A stretch of 64,000 bases of DNA from positions 11,904,001-11,968,000 of the forward strand of contig OZ024764.1 in assembly GCA_964016885.1 (NCBI GenBank), written 5' to 3'. The number at the start of each line of letters is the position of its first letter. The first letter of the stretch is position 1. A model generated the notes under the pieces. It did no database searches. It was given only the letters and a program-made list of their open reading frames with translations, and was not told the origin of the DNA. The stretch is from Eledone cirrhosa. Taxonomy: Eukaryota. Positions 37,320-52,478 of the stretch are shown here, piece by piece. The translations under genes and the position numbers were made by a program.

Positions 37320-39720
37320 TGAGATATAGAGAGGGGGGGAGAGTGAGTCAGTGATATATAGAGAGGGGGAGAGAGTGAGTCAGTGATATATAGAGAGGGG
37401 GAGAGAGTGAGTCAGTGATATATAGAGAGGGGGAGAGAGTGAGTCAGTGATATATAGAGAGGGGGGAGAGAGCAAGTCAGTGATATATGGAGAGGGGGGA
37501 GAGAGCGAGTCAGTGATATATGGAGAGGGGGAGAGAGCGAGTCAGTGATATATAGAGAGGGGGAGAGAGCGAGTCAGTGATATATAGAGAGGGGGAGAGA
37601 GCAAGTTAGTGATATATATGGAGAGGGGGAGAGAGCGAGTCAGTGATATATAGAGAGGGGGGAGCGAGTCAGTGATATATAGAGAGGGGGGGAGAGCGAG
37701 TCAGTGATATATAGAGAGGGGAGAGAGGCGAGTCAGTGATATATAGAGAGGGGGGAAGAGAGCGAGTCAGTGATATATAGAGGGGAGAGCGCGAGTCAGT
37801 GATATATAGAGAGGGGGAGAGAGCAAGTCAGTGATATATAGAGAGGGGGAGAGAGTGAGTCAGTGATATAGAGAGAGGGGGCAGTCAGTGATATAGAGAG
37901 AGAGAGCGAATCAGTGATATATAGAGAGGGGGAGAGAGCGAGTCAGTGATATATGGAGAGGGGGAGAGAGCGAGTCAGTGATATATAGAGAGGGGGGGAG
38001 CGAGTCAGTGATATATGGAGAGGGGGGAGAGAGCGAGTCAGTGATATATGGAGAGGGGGAGAGAGTGAGTCAGTGATATATGGAGAGGGGGGATGAGAGC
38101 GAGTCAGTGATATATCGAGAGGTGGGAGAGAGCGAGTCAGTGATATATGGGAGAGGGGGGGAGAGAGCAAGTCAGTGATATATCGAGAGGTGGGAGAGAG
38201 CGAGTCAGTGATATATGGAGAGGGGGAGAGAGCAAGTCAGTGATATATAGAGAGGGGGAGAGAGCGAGTCAGTGATATATAGAGAGGGGGAGAGAGCGAG
38301 TCAGTGATATATAGAGAGGGGGGAGAGAGCAAGTTAGTGATATATATGGAGAGGGGGAGAGAGCGAGTCAGTGATATATAGAGAGGGGGGGGAGCGAGTC
38401 AGTGATATATAGAGAGGGGGGGAGAGCGAGTCAGTGATATATAGAGAGGGGAGAGAGCGAGTCAGTGATATATAGAGAGGGGGGGAAGAGAGCGAGTCAG
38501 TGATATATAGAGGGGGGAGAGCGCGAGTCAGTGATATATAGAGGAGGGGGAGAGAGCAAGTCAGTGATATATAGAGAGGGGGAGAGAGTGAGTCAGTGAT
38601 ATAGAGAGAGGGGGCAGTCAGTGATATAGAGAGAGAGAGCGAATCAGTGATATATAGAGAGGGGGAGAGAGCGAGTCAGTGATATATGGAGAGGGGGAGA
38701 GAGCGAGTCAGTAATATATAGAGAGGGGGAGAGAGCGAGTCAGTGATATATGGAGAGGGGGAGAGAGCAAGTCAGTGATATATAGAGAGGGGGAGGAGAG
38801 CGAGTCAGTGATATATAGAGAGGGGGAGAGAGCGAGTCAGTGATATATAGAGAGGGGGAGAGAGCAAGTTAGTGATATATATGGAGAGGGGGAGAGAGCG
38901 AGTCAGTGATATATAGAGAGGGGGGGGAGCGAGTCAGTGATATATAGAGAGGGGGGTGAGAGCGAGTCAGTGATATATAGAGAGGGGAGAGAGCGAGTCA
39001 GTGATATATATAGAGAGGGGGGGAAGAGAGCGAGTCAGTGATATATAGAGGGGGGAGAGCGCGAGTCAGTGATATATAGAGAGGGGGAGAGAGCAAGTCA
39101 GTGATATATAGAGAGGGGGAGAGAGTGAGTCAGTGATATAGAGAGAGGGGGCAGTCAGTGATATAGAGAGAGAGAGCGAATCAGTGATATATAGAGAGGG
39201 GGAGAGAGCGAGTCAGTGATATATGGAGAGGGGGAGAGAGCGAGTCAGTATATATAGAGAGGGGGATGAGAGCGAGTCAGTGATATATAGAGAGGGGGGA
39301 GAGAGCGAGTCAGTGATATATAGAGAGGGGCAGAGAGCGAGTCAGTGATATATAGAGAGGGGGAGAGAGCAAGTCAGTGATATATAGAGAGGGGAGAGTG
39401 CGAGTCAGTGATATATAGAGAGGGGGAGAGAGCAAGTCAGTGATATATGGAGAGGGGGAGAGAGAACATCTGTGATATATATAGATAGGGAGAGAGAACG
39501 TCCTGTGATATATAGAGAGGGGGAGAGAGCAAGTCAGTTATATATAGAGAGGGAGGAGAGAGTGAGTAAGTCATATATAGAGAGGGAGAGAGTGAGTAGG
39601 TCATATATAGAGAGGGAGAGAGCGAATCTGTGAGATATAGAGGGGGAGAGAGCGAATCAGTGAGATATAGAGAGGGAGAGAGCGAGTCAGTGAGATATAG
39701 AGAGGGGGTGGGAGTTTCTT
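37320..39720. repeat. ~33-bp purine-rich minisatellite with higher-order blocks
   Basis: Unit gagagcgagtcagtgatatatagagagggg. Confidence 0.92.
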
Positions 39721-39833
39721 ATATAGAGAGAGGATGAAAGTGTGAGAGGGAGAGCGGGTCTGTGATATAGAGGGGAAGTCTATGATATATAGAGAGGGGG
39801 AGAGTGTGTGTAGTGTGATTTATAGAGAGGGTG

Positions 39834-39909
<76 letters not shown>

Positions 39910-40496
39910 AGATATAGATGGAGAGAGAGTATGAGGAGTAGAGGGAGAAATAGAAAAAGAAAAGGAGTGTGATTGTGTTTATGAAGGATATATATATACT
40001 ATATATATATAGTATATATATATATATATATATACTATATATATATAGTATATATATATATATATATATACTATATATATATAGTATATATATATATATA
40101 TACATATACTATATATATATATATATACTATATATAGTATATATATACATATATATATACTATATATATATATATACTATATATAGTATATATATACATA
40201 TATATATACTATATATATATATATACTATATACTATATATATATATATACTATATATATATATATATATAGTACATATATATATATATACTATATATATG
40301 TATATATATATATAGTATATATACTATATATACTATATATATATATATACTATATATATATATATATATAGTACATATATATATATATATATACTATATA
40401 TATGTATATATATATATATACTATATATACTATATATACTATATATATACATATATACATATACTATATATATATATATAGTACATATATATATAT

Positions 40497-40529
<33 letters not shown>

Positions 40530-40647
40530 AATATATATATGTATATATATAAATATATATATGTATATATATATACTATATATACTATATATATATACAT
40601 ATATATAGTACATATATATATATATAGTATATATATATATATATATA

Positions 40648-40707
<60 letters not shown>

Positions 40708-41020
40708 TATATATATAGTACATATATATATATATATATAAATATATATATGTATATATATATACTATATATACTATATATATATATACTATATATACTA
40801 TATATATATATATATATATGTGAGAAAGAGGGAGAAATATAAAGAAAGATAGGAGAAAGGCTATGAAACATGATTTCAAGTATTATCATGACCCCTAAAA
40901 ATCAGAAACCATTATTATTAGTATTATCATATCATTATCATATCATTATTATTATTATTATTTTTCTTGGAGTCTCAGTCATTGATGTTATTTAACTGGA
41001 AAGTTTGTTCAAATGAACAT

Positions 41021-41525
41021 CAAGCCACTACCTGCAGCCTCAGATATTCAGGACGTTTCAGAGGGTTGTTGCTGTTCCCAGCAAGCATGCCTTTTGAAGT
41101 GTTCCAAAAAAGGGTGCTGGACTAATGTTCTTTAACCATCCTTGGAAACTCTTTGAGATAGTACCTAGTGCCCCTATGACAATCGGGACGACCTTGATCT
41201 CAAGCCGCTACCTGTAGCCTCAGATATTCAGGACGTTTCAGAGGGTTGTTGCTGTTCCCAGCAAGCATGACTTTTGAAGTGTTCCAAAAAAAGGTACTGA
41301 ACTAATGTTCTTTAACCTTCCTTGGAAACTCTTTGAGATAGTACCTAGTGCCCCTATGACAACCGGGAAGACCCTGATCTCATGACAGTCCCAAATCTTT
41401 TTCAATTCCCACTTTAAATCCTGGTATCGGTTAATTTTCTCCCTCTCCTTTTCTTGCCCTCTTGTGTCAAAGGGGCAGGCTACATCTACAATCAGGCACA
41501 ATCTTTTTTCCATCCACATCAAAAC
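41021..41525 (-). mobile_element. 3' fragment of a non-LTR retrotransposon with restriction-like endonuclease (R4/Dong-like), with a 180-bp tandem duplication
   Basis: CLIVDVACPFDTRGQEKEREKINRYQDLKWELKKIW...PVVIGALGTI...LQKSCLLGTA. Confidence 0.75.
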
Positions 41526-41614
41526 CCCCAGGTCAGGCCTAATGAAACACTGATATACGGCACCCCTACGACTATCAAGGAGTTACGAGACCATCCATAC
41601 ATACGAATATATCA

Positions 41615-42170
41615 TCATCATCATCATTTCATTTTACGTCTGCTTTTCCCTGCTTGCAAGGGTGGGACGGGAACTGATTCTGGCTTGATTTCTACAGCTG
41701 GATGCCCTTCCTAACACCAACCTCATTTACAGTGTGGGCTGGGTGCTTTTTTGCTGTGGTACCTCCACAACCACTTTACAGTGTGGGCTGGGTGCTTTTT
41801 TGCTGTGGCACCTACACTACCACTTTACAGTGAGTGCTGGGTGCTTTTTTGCCGTGGCACCTACACTACCACTTTACAGTGAGTGCTGGGTGCTTTTTTG
41901 CCGTGGCACCTCCACGACCACTTTACAGTGTGGGCTGGGTGCTTTTTTGCCATGGCACCTATACTACCACTTCACAGTGAGTGCTGGGTGCTTTTTTGCC
42001 GTGGTACCTACACTACCACTTTACAGTGAGTGCTGGGTGCTTTTTTGCCGTGGCACCTACACTACCACTTTACAGTGAGTGCTGGGTGCTTTTTTGCCGT
42101 GGCCCCTCCACGACCACTTTGCAGTGGAATGATAGGGACCCCAGTCCTATCATCTCATTTCTACAGCTGA
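41615..42170 (-). mobile_element. SINE family 1 fragment with an internal ~50-bp tandem array
   Basis: Repeats of ccactttacagtgagtgctgggtgcttttttgccgtggcacctacacta. Confidence 0.8.
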
Positions 42171-42185
42171 GTATATATGTATATA

Positions 42186-42353
42186 CCATATTTCCTGGCA
42201 TCAAAGATGCTACTTTTTTCCTAAAATAAGTCTCAAAAATCTATCATGCGTTCTGGAGGCCGAAGGTTGTTTATTATTTTTTTTCAAATTTTTGGTTATC
42301 AAAATTAGGGTACGTCCTCGAAGCCGAAGGTGCTTCGGTGCTGAGAAATACAG
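42186..42353. mobile_element. Short Tc1/pogo-like non-autonomous element
   Basis: TA-ccatatttc...gaaatacag-TA imperfect inverted termini. Confidence 0.5.
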
Positions 42354-42494
42354 TATATTAGAAAATCTAATGGTTGCAACCAAGAAATAGTATGAGCAAT
42401 AGAAAAACTAATAAAAATATAGCTCCCTTGGTCCAATCTAGAACATTAGTTTATTTCTTTTATTCCCTTCCTGCAATTTCAAGCATTATAATAA

Positions 42495-43490
42495 TGAAAT
42501 TATTGTGTAAAGTGCTCAGGTGCACTACAACTCGTCACTATAGTACATAGAATAATACACAAATGTCAGGGAAGTACATGTGTGTATGTGTTAGCTGTTC
42601 TGTTGGCGGATCTCGGGAAGCATGGAGGCCTTAAAGGATGCAGTGTCTCGACAGCTAACAACTGATGTAGGTAGTTTGTTCCATGGAGGCCTTAAAGGAT
42701 GCAGTGTCCCGACAGCTAACAACTGATGCAGGTAGTTTGTTCCATGGAGGTTTTAAAGGATGCAGTGTCTCGACAGTTAACAACTGATGCAGGTAGTTTG
42801 TTCCATGGAGGTTTTAAAGGATGCAGTGTCTCGACAGCTAACAACTGAAGCAGGTAGTTTGTCCCATGGAGGTTTTAAAGGATGCAGTGTCTCGACAGCT
42901 AACAACTGATGCAGGTAGTTTGTTCCATGGAGGTTTTAAAGGATGCAGTGTCTCGACAGCTAACAACTGATGCAGGTAGTTTGTTCCATGGAGGCATTAA
43001 AGGATGCAGTGTCTCGACAGCTAACAACTGATGCAGGTAGTTTGTTCCATGGAGGTTTTAAAGGATGCAGTGTCTCGACAGCTAACAACTGAAGCAGGTA
43101 GTTTGTCCCATGGAGGTTTTAAAGGATGCAGTGTCTCGACAGCTAACAACTGATGCAGGTAGTTTGTTCCATGGAGGTTTTAAAGGATGCAGTGTCTCGA
43201 CAGCTAACAACTGATGCAGGTAGTTTGTTCCATGGAGGTTTTAAAGGATGCAGTGTCTCGACAGCTAACAACTGATGCAGGTAGTTTGTTCCATGGAGGC
43301 CTTAAAGGATGCGCAGTGTCTCGACAGCTAACAACTGATGCAGGTAGTTTGTTCCATGCTTCAGCAACTCTGAGCGTGAAAAAATGTTTCCGAAAGTCAT
43401 GGGAACTGTGCTGTTTTCTTACTTTGTGGGCATGTCCACGTGTGTTAGACACATGGAAATCGAAAAGGTACTCAGGGTTGTTGTTAAACT
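42495..43490 (-). mobile_element. CR1/L2-like LINE 3' end containing a 61-bp array (~12 copies, 42621-43357)
   Basis: SNTRGHAHKVRKQHSSHDFRKHFFTLRVAEAWNKLPASVVSCRDTASFKTSM (TRGH...FFxxRVxxxWNxLP motif). Related 3' UTR pieces at about 31810-31975 and 61950-62270. Confidence 0.8.
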
Positions 43491-43815
43491 AATATATTAC
43501 TTCCATGTACAGTGTTGTTGTTTTTTTTTGTGTTATTTGTCACTTTTATTTACTTTTTACATACATATATAAATATATATAAATATATATACATACATAT
43601 ACACAAATACATGTTTAAGAATATGATGATGTAGAATCAATATAATGATGATGATGATGAATGATGACAATAATGATAATAATAATAATAATAATGATAA
43701 TAATGATAATAATGATAATGATAATAATAAGCAAATAGCACAAATACTGAGAAGCTGCACTAAATTACTAGTTGACGAAACTAAGCCACTCATGAGTGAG
43801 AGAGAGAGAGAGAGA

Positions 43816-43907
<92 letters not shown>

Positions 43908-44045
43908 GAGAGACTGTTGTAGTGGAAGATTAGTTTCAATATTGTTGTTGTTACACTGATTTGTAGCAGATATTAATGTAAAAAAAACAAAATATATATA
44001 TATATATACATATATATACATACATACACATATATATAGGTATAA

Positions 44046-44100
<55 letters not shown>

Positions 44101-44236
44101 CTATATATATATATGTATATATATATACTATATATATATACATATATATATATACTATATATATAAACATATATATATATACTATATATACATATATATA
44201 TATACTATATATATATATATATACATATATATATAC

Positions 44237-44319
<83 letters not shown>

Positions 44320-44365
44320 CATATATATATATACTATATATATATATATATACATATATATATAC

Positions 44366-44412
<47 letters not shown>

Positions 44413-44425
44413 CATATATATATAC

Positions 44426-44507
<82 letters not shown>

Positions 44508-44567
44508 TATATACACATATATATATATATGTGTATATATATATATGTATGTATATATATATATATG

Positions 44568-44691
<124 letters not shown>

Positions 44692-45045
44692 AGCCAGAGC
44701 TTATTCCAGTTATCTTTTTATTAAATGAATACAAGACTTCCTCTTGTACCACTAGTCCAACACAGGATTAACCCCCAAGTTATAGCTGGTACTCATTTTC
44801 AGCACAGTATACTGGAACAATGTGAACTGAAGTGCTTTCTGCGAGAAGACAACATAGAACCTGGCCCAGGAATCAAACTCACAACATTATAAGTCCAACA
44901 CATTAGCCATTAAGATACAGAGCGTACTGGGTGCATTATATTGTGGCACCAACATTAGGGGGGTTGTCATGTTGTTGACATTGGCTTCACTGAAGAACCC
45001 TTTTCACTCTTTCATTGGCAAATTTTCTATGGCAAGCAAACACAC

Positions 45046-45132
<87 letters not shown>

Positions 45133-45188
45133 TATAGATATGTATATATTTATATGTATATATATATATATATGTATATGTATATATT

Positions 45189-45238
<50 letters not shown>

Positions 45239-45395
45239 TATGTATATATTTATATGTATATATATATATATATGTATATGTATATATTTATATGTATATA
45301 TGTATATATATATATATATATATATAATATAATATATATACATATATATACATATAACTTACACATTGAATTTTGCCTTTTGTTTTCATTATTCA

Positions 45396-45443
<48 letters not shown>

Positions 45444-45495
45444 TTGTATGTATATATATATACATACACATATACTTGTATATATATATATATAT

Positions 45496-45526
<31 letters not shown>

Positions 45527-45579
45527 TACATACATATATATATATACATATATATATATATACATACATATATATATAC

Positions 45580-45614
<35 letters not shown>

Positions 45615-45858
45615 CATACATATATATATACATACATACATATATATATACATACATACATATATATACATATATATATATATACATACATATATATATA
45701 TATACATATAAATATATATATACATATATATATATATATACATATATATATACATATACATATACATATAAATATATATATATATATATATACATATAAA
45801 TATATATATATAAATACATACACACGTAAGTAATATGTCAAATGTTATCTTATCTTAC

Positions 45859-46026
45859 CTGGGCACAGCGCGTTACAGGAAGTTTTCTGGATGGTGTCTC
45901 CGTGACAGGTCATGCCCCCGTTTAAGGGTGCTGGGTTGGAACACGACCTCATCCTTTTCTGTAAGCCTCGGCCACACTTCACGGAACATTCCGTCCACTG
46001 GCTCCATGTTGACCATCCTCCATCCA
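45859..46026 (-). CDS. unc5: UNC-5-like exon, thrombospondin type-1 repeat 1
   Basis: accacag|TG...CCAG|gtaaga, 168 nt, phase 1-1. [56 protein letters not shown]. Confidence 0.96.
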
Positions 46027-46323
46027 CTGTGGTCAATGAAAAAAAAAAAAGATATGAAATTTGCAAATTCCCACCCGTGTACATTTACAAGACTCGGCTG
46101 ACTATAAACCTTATTTGACTATGAAGCAGTGATGCTAGAGCTGTGAAATCTTGCATGCATTATATTTCAACTTTTCTTATAAATAATTCCGTATGAATCC
46201 GGTGATATCATCAGGTATTGGAATATAACAAAGGAATATGTAAAAAGCCATGGGCCCGAGAAATCAGAGACAGAGAAGGCGGCTGACCAACTAGCTTAGC
46301 TTCACAGCCAACCGCCCTCAAAG

Positions 46324-46372
<49 letters not shown>

Positions 46373-46605
46373 AGTATGTTTTGAAACATTGAGCGCGTTT
46401 GAAATTAGAAAATATATAGCTTTCACCGTATTTTTGACTAAAGGAATTTTTTTTTTAGCTTGATAACGGGGTTTAGAACCCTCAGATAAATGGAAAAAGA
46501 TGAGTATTGACCAATACTCATCTTTTTCCATTTATCTGAGGGTTCTAAACCCCGTTATCAAGCTAAAAAAAAAATTACTTTAGTCAAAAATACAGTGAAA
46601 GCTAT

Positions 46606-46655
<50 letters not shown>

Positions 46656-46996
46656 GAGAGGTATAGAGATTGTTTTAGCAAGAAGCTAACAGCATTCTAT
46701 AACATATATGCGACTATAACGTCAAGATGGGAAAAGTAGTTAACGTAAGATTTAGGAAAAATAATTCAAACTCATCTCAAAAGAGAATCAGGATATAAAT
46801 TCATCCACAGAATTTAGTAAAATCCAGGGAAAAATCAATAGACCTTTAACTCATGATAAAATAAAGTTTGAAACACTTATCCTTCAATTTGGAATCACAT
46901 CATATATATATATATATATATATATTATAGTAATAATAATAAATATGAAGACTAAAATCCAAAGAGGGCTTGATAAGGATAAATATATATATGCGC

Positions 46997-47038
<42 letters not shown>

Positions 47039-47047
47039 TGCCCTTAC

Positions 47048-47228
47048 CAAAAACTGTGAGCATGGCGGCTTTACTGAGACGTTTACTGGCAAGATTCTGG
47101 GCTCCACACGTATAGTTACCCATGTCGGAGAGCTGGGCCTGGTTGATAATGAGGCTGTTGTCATGAGAGTTAATAAGGTTGACATCCTTGGCAAAGTCCA
47201 CCAGTTGACCATCCTTCAGCCAAAATAC
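47048..47228 (-). CDS. unc5: UNC-5-like exon, second part of Ig domain 2
   Basis: ttacag|GTA...TTTG|gtaagg, 181 nt, phase 0-1. VFWLKDGQLVDFAKDVNLINSHDNSLIINQAQLSDMGNYTCGAQNLASKRLSKAAMLTVF carries the Ig I-set W and DxGxYxC motifs. Confidence 0.95.
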
Positions 47229-47304
47229 CTGTAATACACGAGAGTAGAATGATGATTATTGAAAGATAATAAGTAACGCGTCAAAACACAATACATGGTA
47301 TATA

Positions 47305-47644
47305 TCATTTTCATTTCATTTCATTTTACGTCCCCTTTTTCCCTGCTTGCAAGGGTGGGACGGGAACTGATTCTGGCTTGATTTCTACAGCTGGATGCCC
47401 TTCCTAACACCAACCTCATTTACAGTGAGTGCTGGGTGCTTTTTTGCCGTGGCACCTCCACGACCACTTTGCAGTGGAATGATAGGGACCCCAGTCCCTA
47501 TCATCTCATTTCTACAGCTGAGTAAACTGGAGCAATGTGAAATAAAGTGTCTTGCTCAAGGAAACAACACATCACCCGGTCTGAGAATTGAACTCACAAC
47601 CTTTCGATTGCAAGGCCAATGCTCTAACCACTAAGCCATGTGCC
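47305..47644 (-). mobile_element. tRNA-derived SINE, family 1 (full length)
   Basis: Near-identical to 10240-10584. Confidence 0.85.
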
Positions 47645-47718
47645 TATATATATATACAAAAACAAGATAGCAAGGGACAGAACAAAGGAGAGTCACAAGA
47701 CAAAGAAAAGAATCCCCA

Positions 47719-47759
47719 GTCACTGAAGAGGTCACAGAATGTGACGAAAGAACTTTGAC
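47719..47759 (+). ncRNA. Hammerhead-like motif, probably degenerate
   Basis: gtca-CTGAAGA-ggtcacagaatgtgac-GAAA-gaac-TT-tgac. Confidence 0.38.
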
Positions 47760-48004
47760 AATATATAAACCGTCCGGCTGTGGAACCAACCAACCGGAAA
47801 TTTATAAAATTTATAATAAATTGAAATGAAAGCAACTGGTGCGTGTGTTTCTTATTGGCAACATGACCCTCCCAAAGTATAACAATTTATATAAATGAAG
47901 TGTTTGCTCAAGAACACACCATACAACCCAGGAATCGAACCCACGACATTATGATCGCAAGTCCAAAACCCTTACTTTTAGGAGGCATGTGGCTATATAT
48001 ATAT

Positions 48005-48035
<31 letters not shown>

Positions 48036-48055
48036 GAGCCACATAGCCTAGTGGT

Positions 48056-48735
48056 AACAGTGTCTTTCATTAGAAATATGGTAATGAAAGGGTTAAAGTG
48101 TTTATATTTATCTAAAAACCTCCCACCATAATTTTATCTAAGAACCTTTGTTAAGTTATGTTCCAAACACGAACAGTGTCTTTCATTAGAAATATGGTAA
48201 TGAAAGGGTTAAAGTGTTTATATTTATCTAAAAACCTCCCACCATAATTTTATCTAAGAACCTTTGTTAAGTTATGTTCCAAACACGAACAGTGTCTTTC
48301 ATTAGAAATATGGTAATGAAAGGGTTAAAGTGTTTATATTTATCTAAAAACCTTCCGTCATAATTTTATGTAAGAACCTTTGTTTAGTTATGTTCCAAAC
48401 ACCAACAGTGTCTTACATTAGAAATATGGTAATGAAAGGGTTAAAGTGTTTATATTTATCTAAAAACCTCCCACCATAATTTTATGTAAGAACCTTTGTT
48501 AAGTTATGTTCCAAACACCAACAGTGTCTTTCATTAGAAATATGGTAATGAAAGGGTTAGTGTGTTTATATTTATCTAAAAACCTTCCACCATAATTTTA
48601 TGTAAGAACCTTTGTTAAGTTATGTTCCAAACACCAACAGTGTCTTTCATTAGAAATATGGTAACGAAAGGGTTAAAGTGTTTATATTTATCTAAAAACC
48701 TTCAATCATAACCTTTGTTAAGTTATGTTCCAAGT
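48056..48735. repeat. ~116-bp tandem repeat (~6 copies) carrying an aaagggttaa end; reverse-oriented array at ~62275-63040
   Basis: Direct reading. TTAACCCTTT ends suggest a piggyBac-like MITE origin (inference). Confidence 0.8.
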
Positions 48736-49269
48736 ACTGACTTAATGAGGAAGTTCGTTAAATTATTAAATCCCTTCAAATTTTTCATTATTTTATTGGA
48801 TTGGCAGTATCGGTAGAGGGTTGGGTGCCATGCTTTGACGCATAGAGTTACGGCCCTTGCCATTCTGAGTTCAAATCCCGCTGAGGTTAACTTTGCCTTT
48901 CATCCTCATGGGGTCGATAAAATTAAGTACCAGTAATGTACTGGGTTTTTGCTGGCCTTGTGCCAATAGTAGAAACAATTATTTTATAATTCTTTGAAAA
49001 ACCATATGAGAGAGTGTCTTTCATTTGAAATATTTTAACAAGTCTTTCATTAGAAATATGGTAACGAGTGTCTTTCATTAGAAATATGGTAACGAGTGTC
49101 TTTCATTAAAGATATAGTAACGAGGGCGTTAATTTGCTAATTGGCACCAGAACTGGCCTAATGACCAGATACAAAGGAAAACCACCCAGGGTCGCCTTTG
49201 TTTGTTTATGTGTGGGTGGGATTTTTATGGGAGAGATAGGGTATGAAGCACAGGATCTACTGTTCCTGC

Positions 49270-50215
49270 TGCTATTACTACCACCACAACTAGAACACTA
49301 TCACTACTACCACTACCACAACTACCACAACTATCACTACCACCACCACCACAACTAGAACACTATCACTACCACAACTACTACTACTACCACCACCACA
49401 ACTAGAACACTATCACTATTACCACCACCACTTCTACCACCACTACTACCACCACCACCACCACCACAACTAGAACCACTACCACGACAACTAGAACACT
49501 ATCACTACTACCACTACCACAACTACTACTACCACTACCACCGCAACTAGAACACTATCACTACTACCACTACCACAACTACTACTACCACCACAACTAG
49601 AACACTATCACTACTACCACTACCACAACTACTACTACCACCACAACTAGAACACTATCACTACTACCACTACCACAACTACTACTACCACTACCACCAC
49701 AACTAGAACACTATCACTACTACCACTACCACAACTACTACTACCACTACCACCACAACTAGAACACTATCACTACTACCACTACCACAACTACTACTAC
49801 CACCACAACTAGAACACTATCACTACTACCACTACCACAACTACTACTACCACCACAACTAGAACACTATCACTACTACCATTATCACAACTACCACTAC
49901 CACCACCACCACCACAAATAGAACACTATCACTACTACCACCACCACTACTACCACCACCACCACCACCACAACTAGAACTAGCACCACTACCACCACAA
50001 CTAGAACACTATCACTACTACCACTACCACAACTACCACTACCACCACCACCACAACTAGAACACTATCACTACTACCACAACTACTACTACCACTACCA
50101 CCACCACCACCACAACTAGAACACTATCACTACTACCACTACCACAACTACCACTACCACCACCACCACAACTATCACTACCACCACTACCACCACCACC
50201 ACCACCCCAACTACC
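49270..50215. repeat. Minisatellite acaactagaacactatc + (CTA/CCA)n
   Basis: Direct reading. Confidence 0.9.
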
Positions 50216-50293
50216 ATTTTTCTAACATTATTTTCTGAGTTAATGAGGCATAGTGGTAAGACAAATTGGTATACATACATACACATGCATATG

Positions 50294-50351
<58 letters not shown>

Positions 50352-50356
50352 CATAC

Positions 50357-50414
<58 letters not shown>

Positions 50415-50528
50415 ATACATATATATATATATATACATACACATATATATATGCATACATACATATATATATATATACATACATATATACATAGATATAG
50501 ATATATATATACATAAATATATATATAC

Positions 50529-50571
<43 letters not shown>

Positions 50572-50614
50572 CATACACAAACATACATACATTCTCATAC
50601 ACATAGATGCATAC

Positions 50615-50647
<33 letters not shown>

Positions 50648-50661
50648 CAGAGAGAGAGATG

Positions 50662-50693
<32 letters not shown>

Positions 50694-50755
50694 CAGATAT
50701 ATATATATATATGTAAGTATATATACATACACACATACACTATAAATATATATAT

Positions 50756-50802
<47 letters not shown>

Positions 50803-51163
50803 TATATACATATAATATACATATATATGATATACATATATATATATATGTATGTATATTTATATATACATATATATACATACATATACATATATATATA
50901 CACACACACATATATATGCACGTGAATTTGCGTGTGTGCATGTTAGCCTACATACATACTTCCACACACCAGCACAAGACCCTCTACCCCTTCCCACCCC
51001 ACCCACCATAATCCCCACCCCTCGGGCCAGTAGCAGAGATATCAGGAATTCTCATCAAGGCCCCATGTACCCCCCCCCCCACTATTTTTTTCTCTCTGAA
51101 GAGCTAAAAACAAGGTGCCCACATCTTGTGAAACACCCTGCTGATATCAGAACAGGAACACAT

Positions 51164-51233
<70 letters not shown>

Positions 51234-51326
51234 ATATATATATATAGAGAGAGAGAGAGATAGATATATATACGTATATATATATATATATATACACTAT
51301 ATATGTATATATATACATATACATAT

Positions 51327-51409
<83 letters not shown>

Positions 51410-51662
51410 TAGATATATATATATACGTATATATATATACACTATATATGGTATATATATACATATACATATACATACACATATACATATATATACATAT
51501 ATACACACACATATATATATATAATTATATATATATGTATATATACATACATACATATACATATATACACATATATATACATACATATACATATATGGGT
51601 GATTGCTGGCCTTGTGCCAAAAGTAGAAACAAACAAATATATGTAGTATATATACATATACA

Positions 51663-51710
<48 letters not shown>

Positions 51711-51822
51711 TATATATATATATACTTATATATATATCTATATACATTATATACATTACATACATACACACATGCATAGTGATACACAAACACATTTATA
51801 TATCTATATATATATATACATG

Positions 51823-51856
<34 letters not shown>

Positions 51857-52445
51857 CATGTATATGATATATATATATGTGTGTGTTGTGTAAATATATA
51901 TACACATGTATATATTTATAAATATACATATATGTGTATGTGTATATATACATATATACACACACACATATAAATATACATACACACATATATATACAAA
52001 CACACACATATATCTACATACACACACATATATATACATATATACACACACATATATATATATATATACATACACACACACATATATATATATATATACA
52101 TACACACATATATACATATATATATACAGACACATATATATATATATACATACACACACATATATATACGTACACATATATATACATACATACACACACA
52201 CATATATATATATACATACACACACATATATATATACATACACATATATATATACATACACATATATATACACATACTCATATATATACATACATACACA
52301 CATATATATACATACACATATATATATATATACATACACACATATATATATACATACATACACACATATACATATATATACAAACACATATATATATATA
52401 TACATACACATATATATATATACATACACATATATATACATACAT

Positions 52446-52478
<33 letters not shown>

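Noticed and set aside
51090-51150. CTGAAGA...GAAAC hammerhead-like string
   Set aside because: No convincing stem III/UH or stem I pairing. Similar partial strings near 660, 33815 and 46210 were also dropped.
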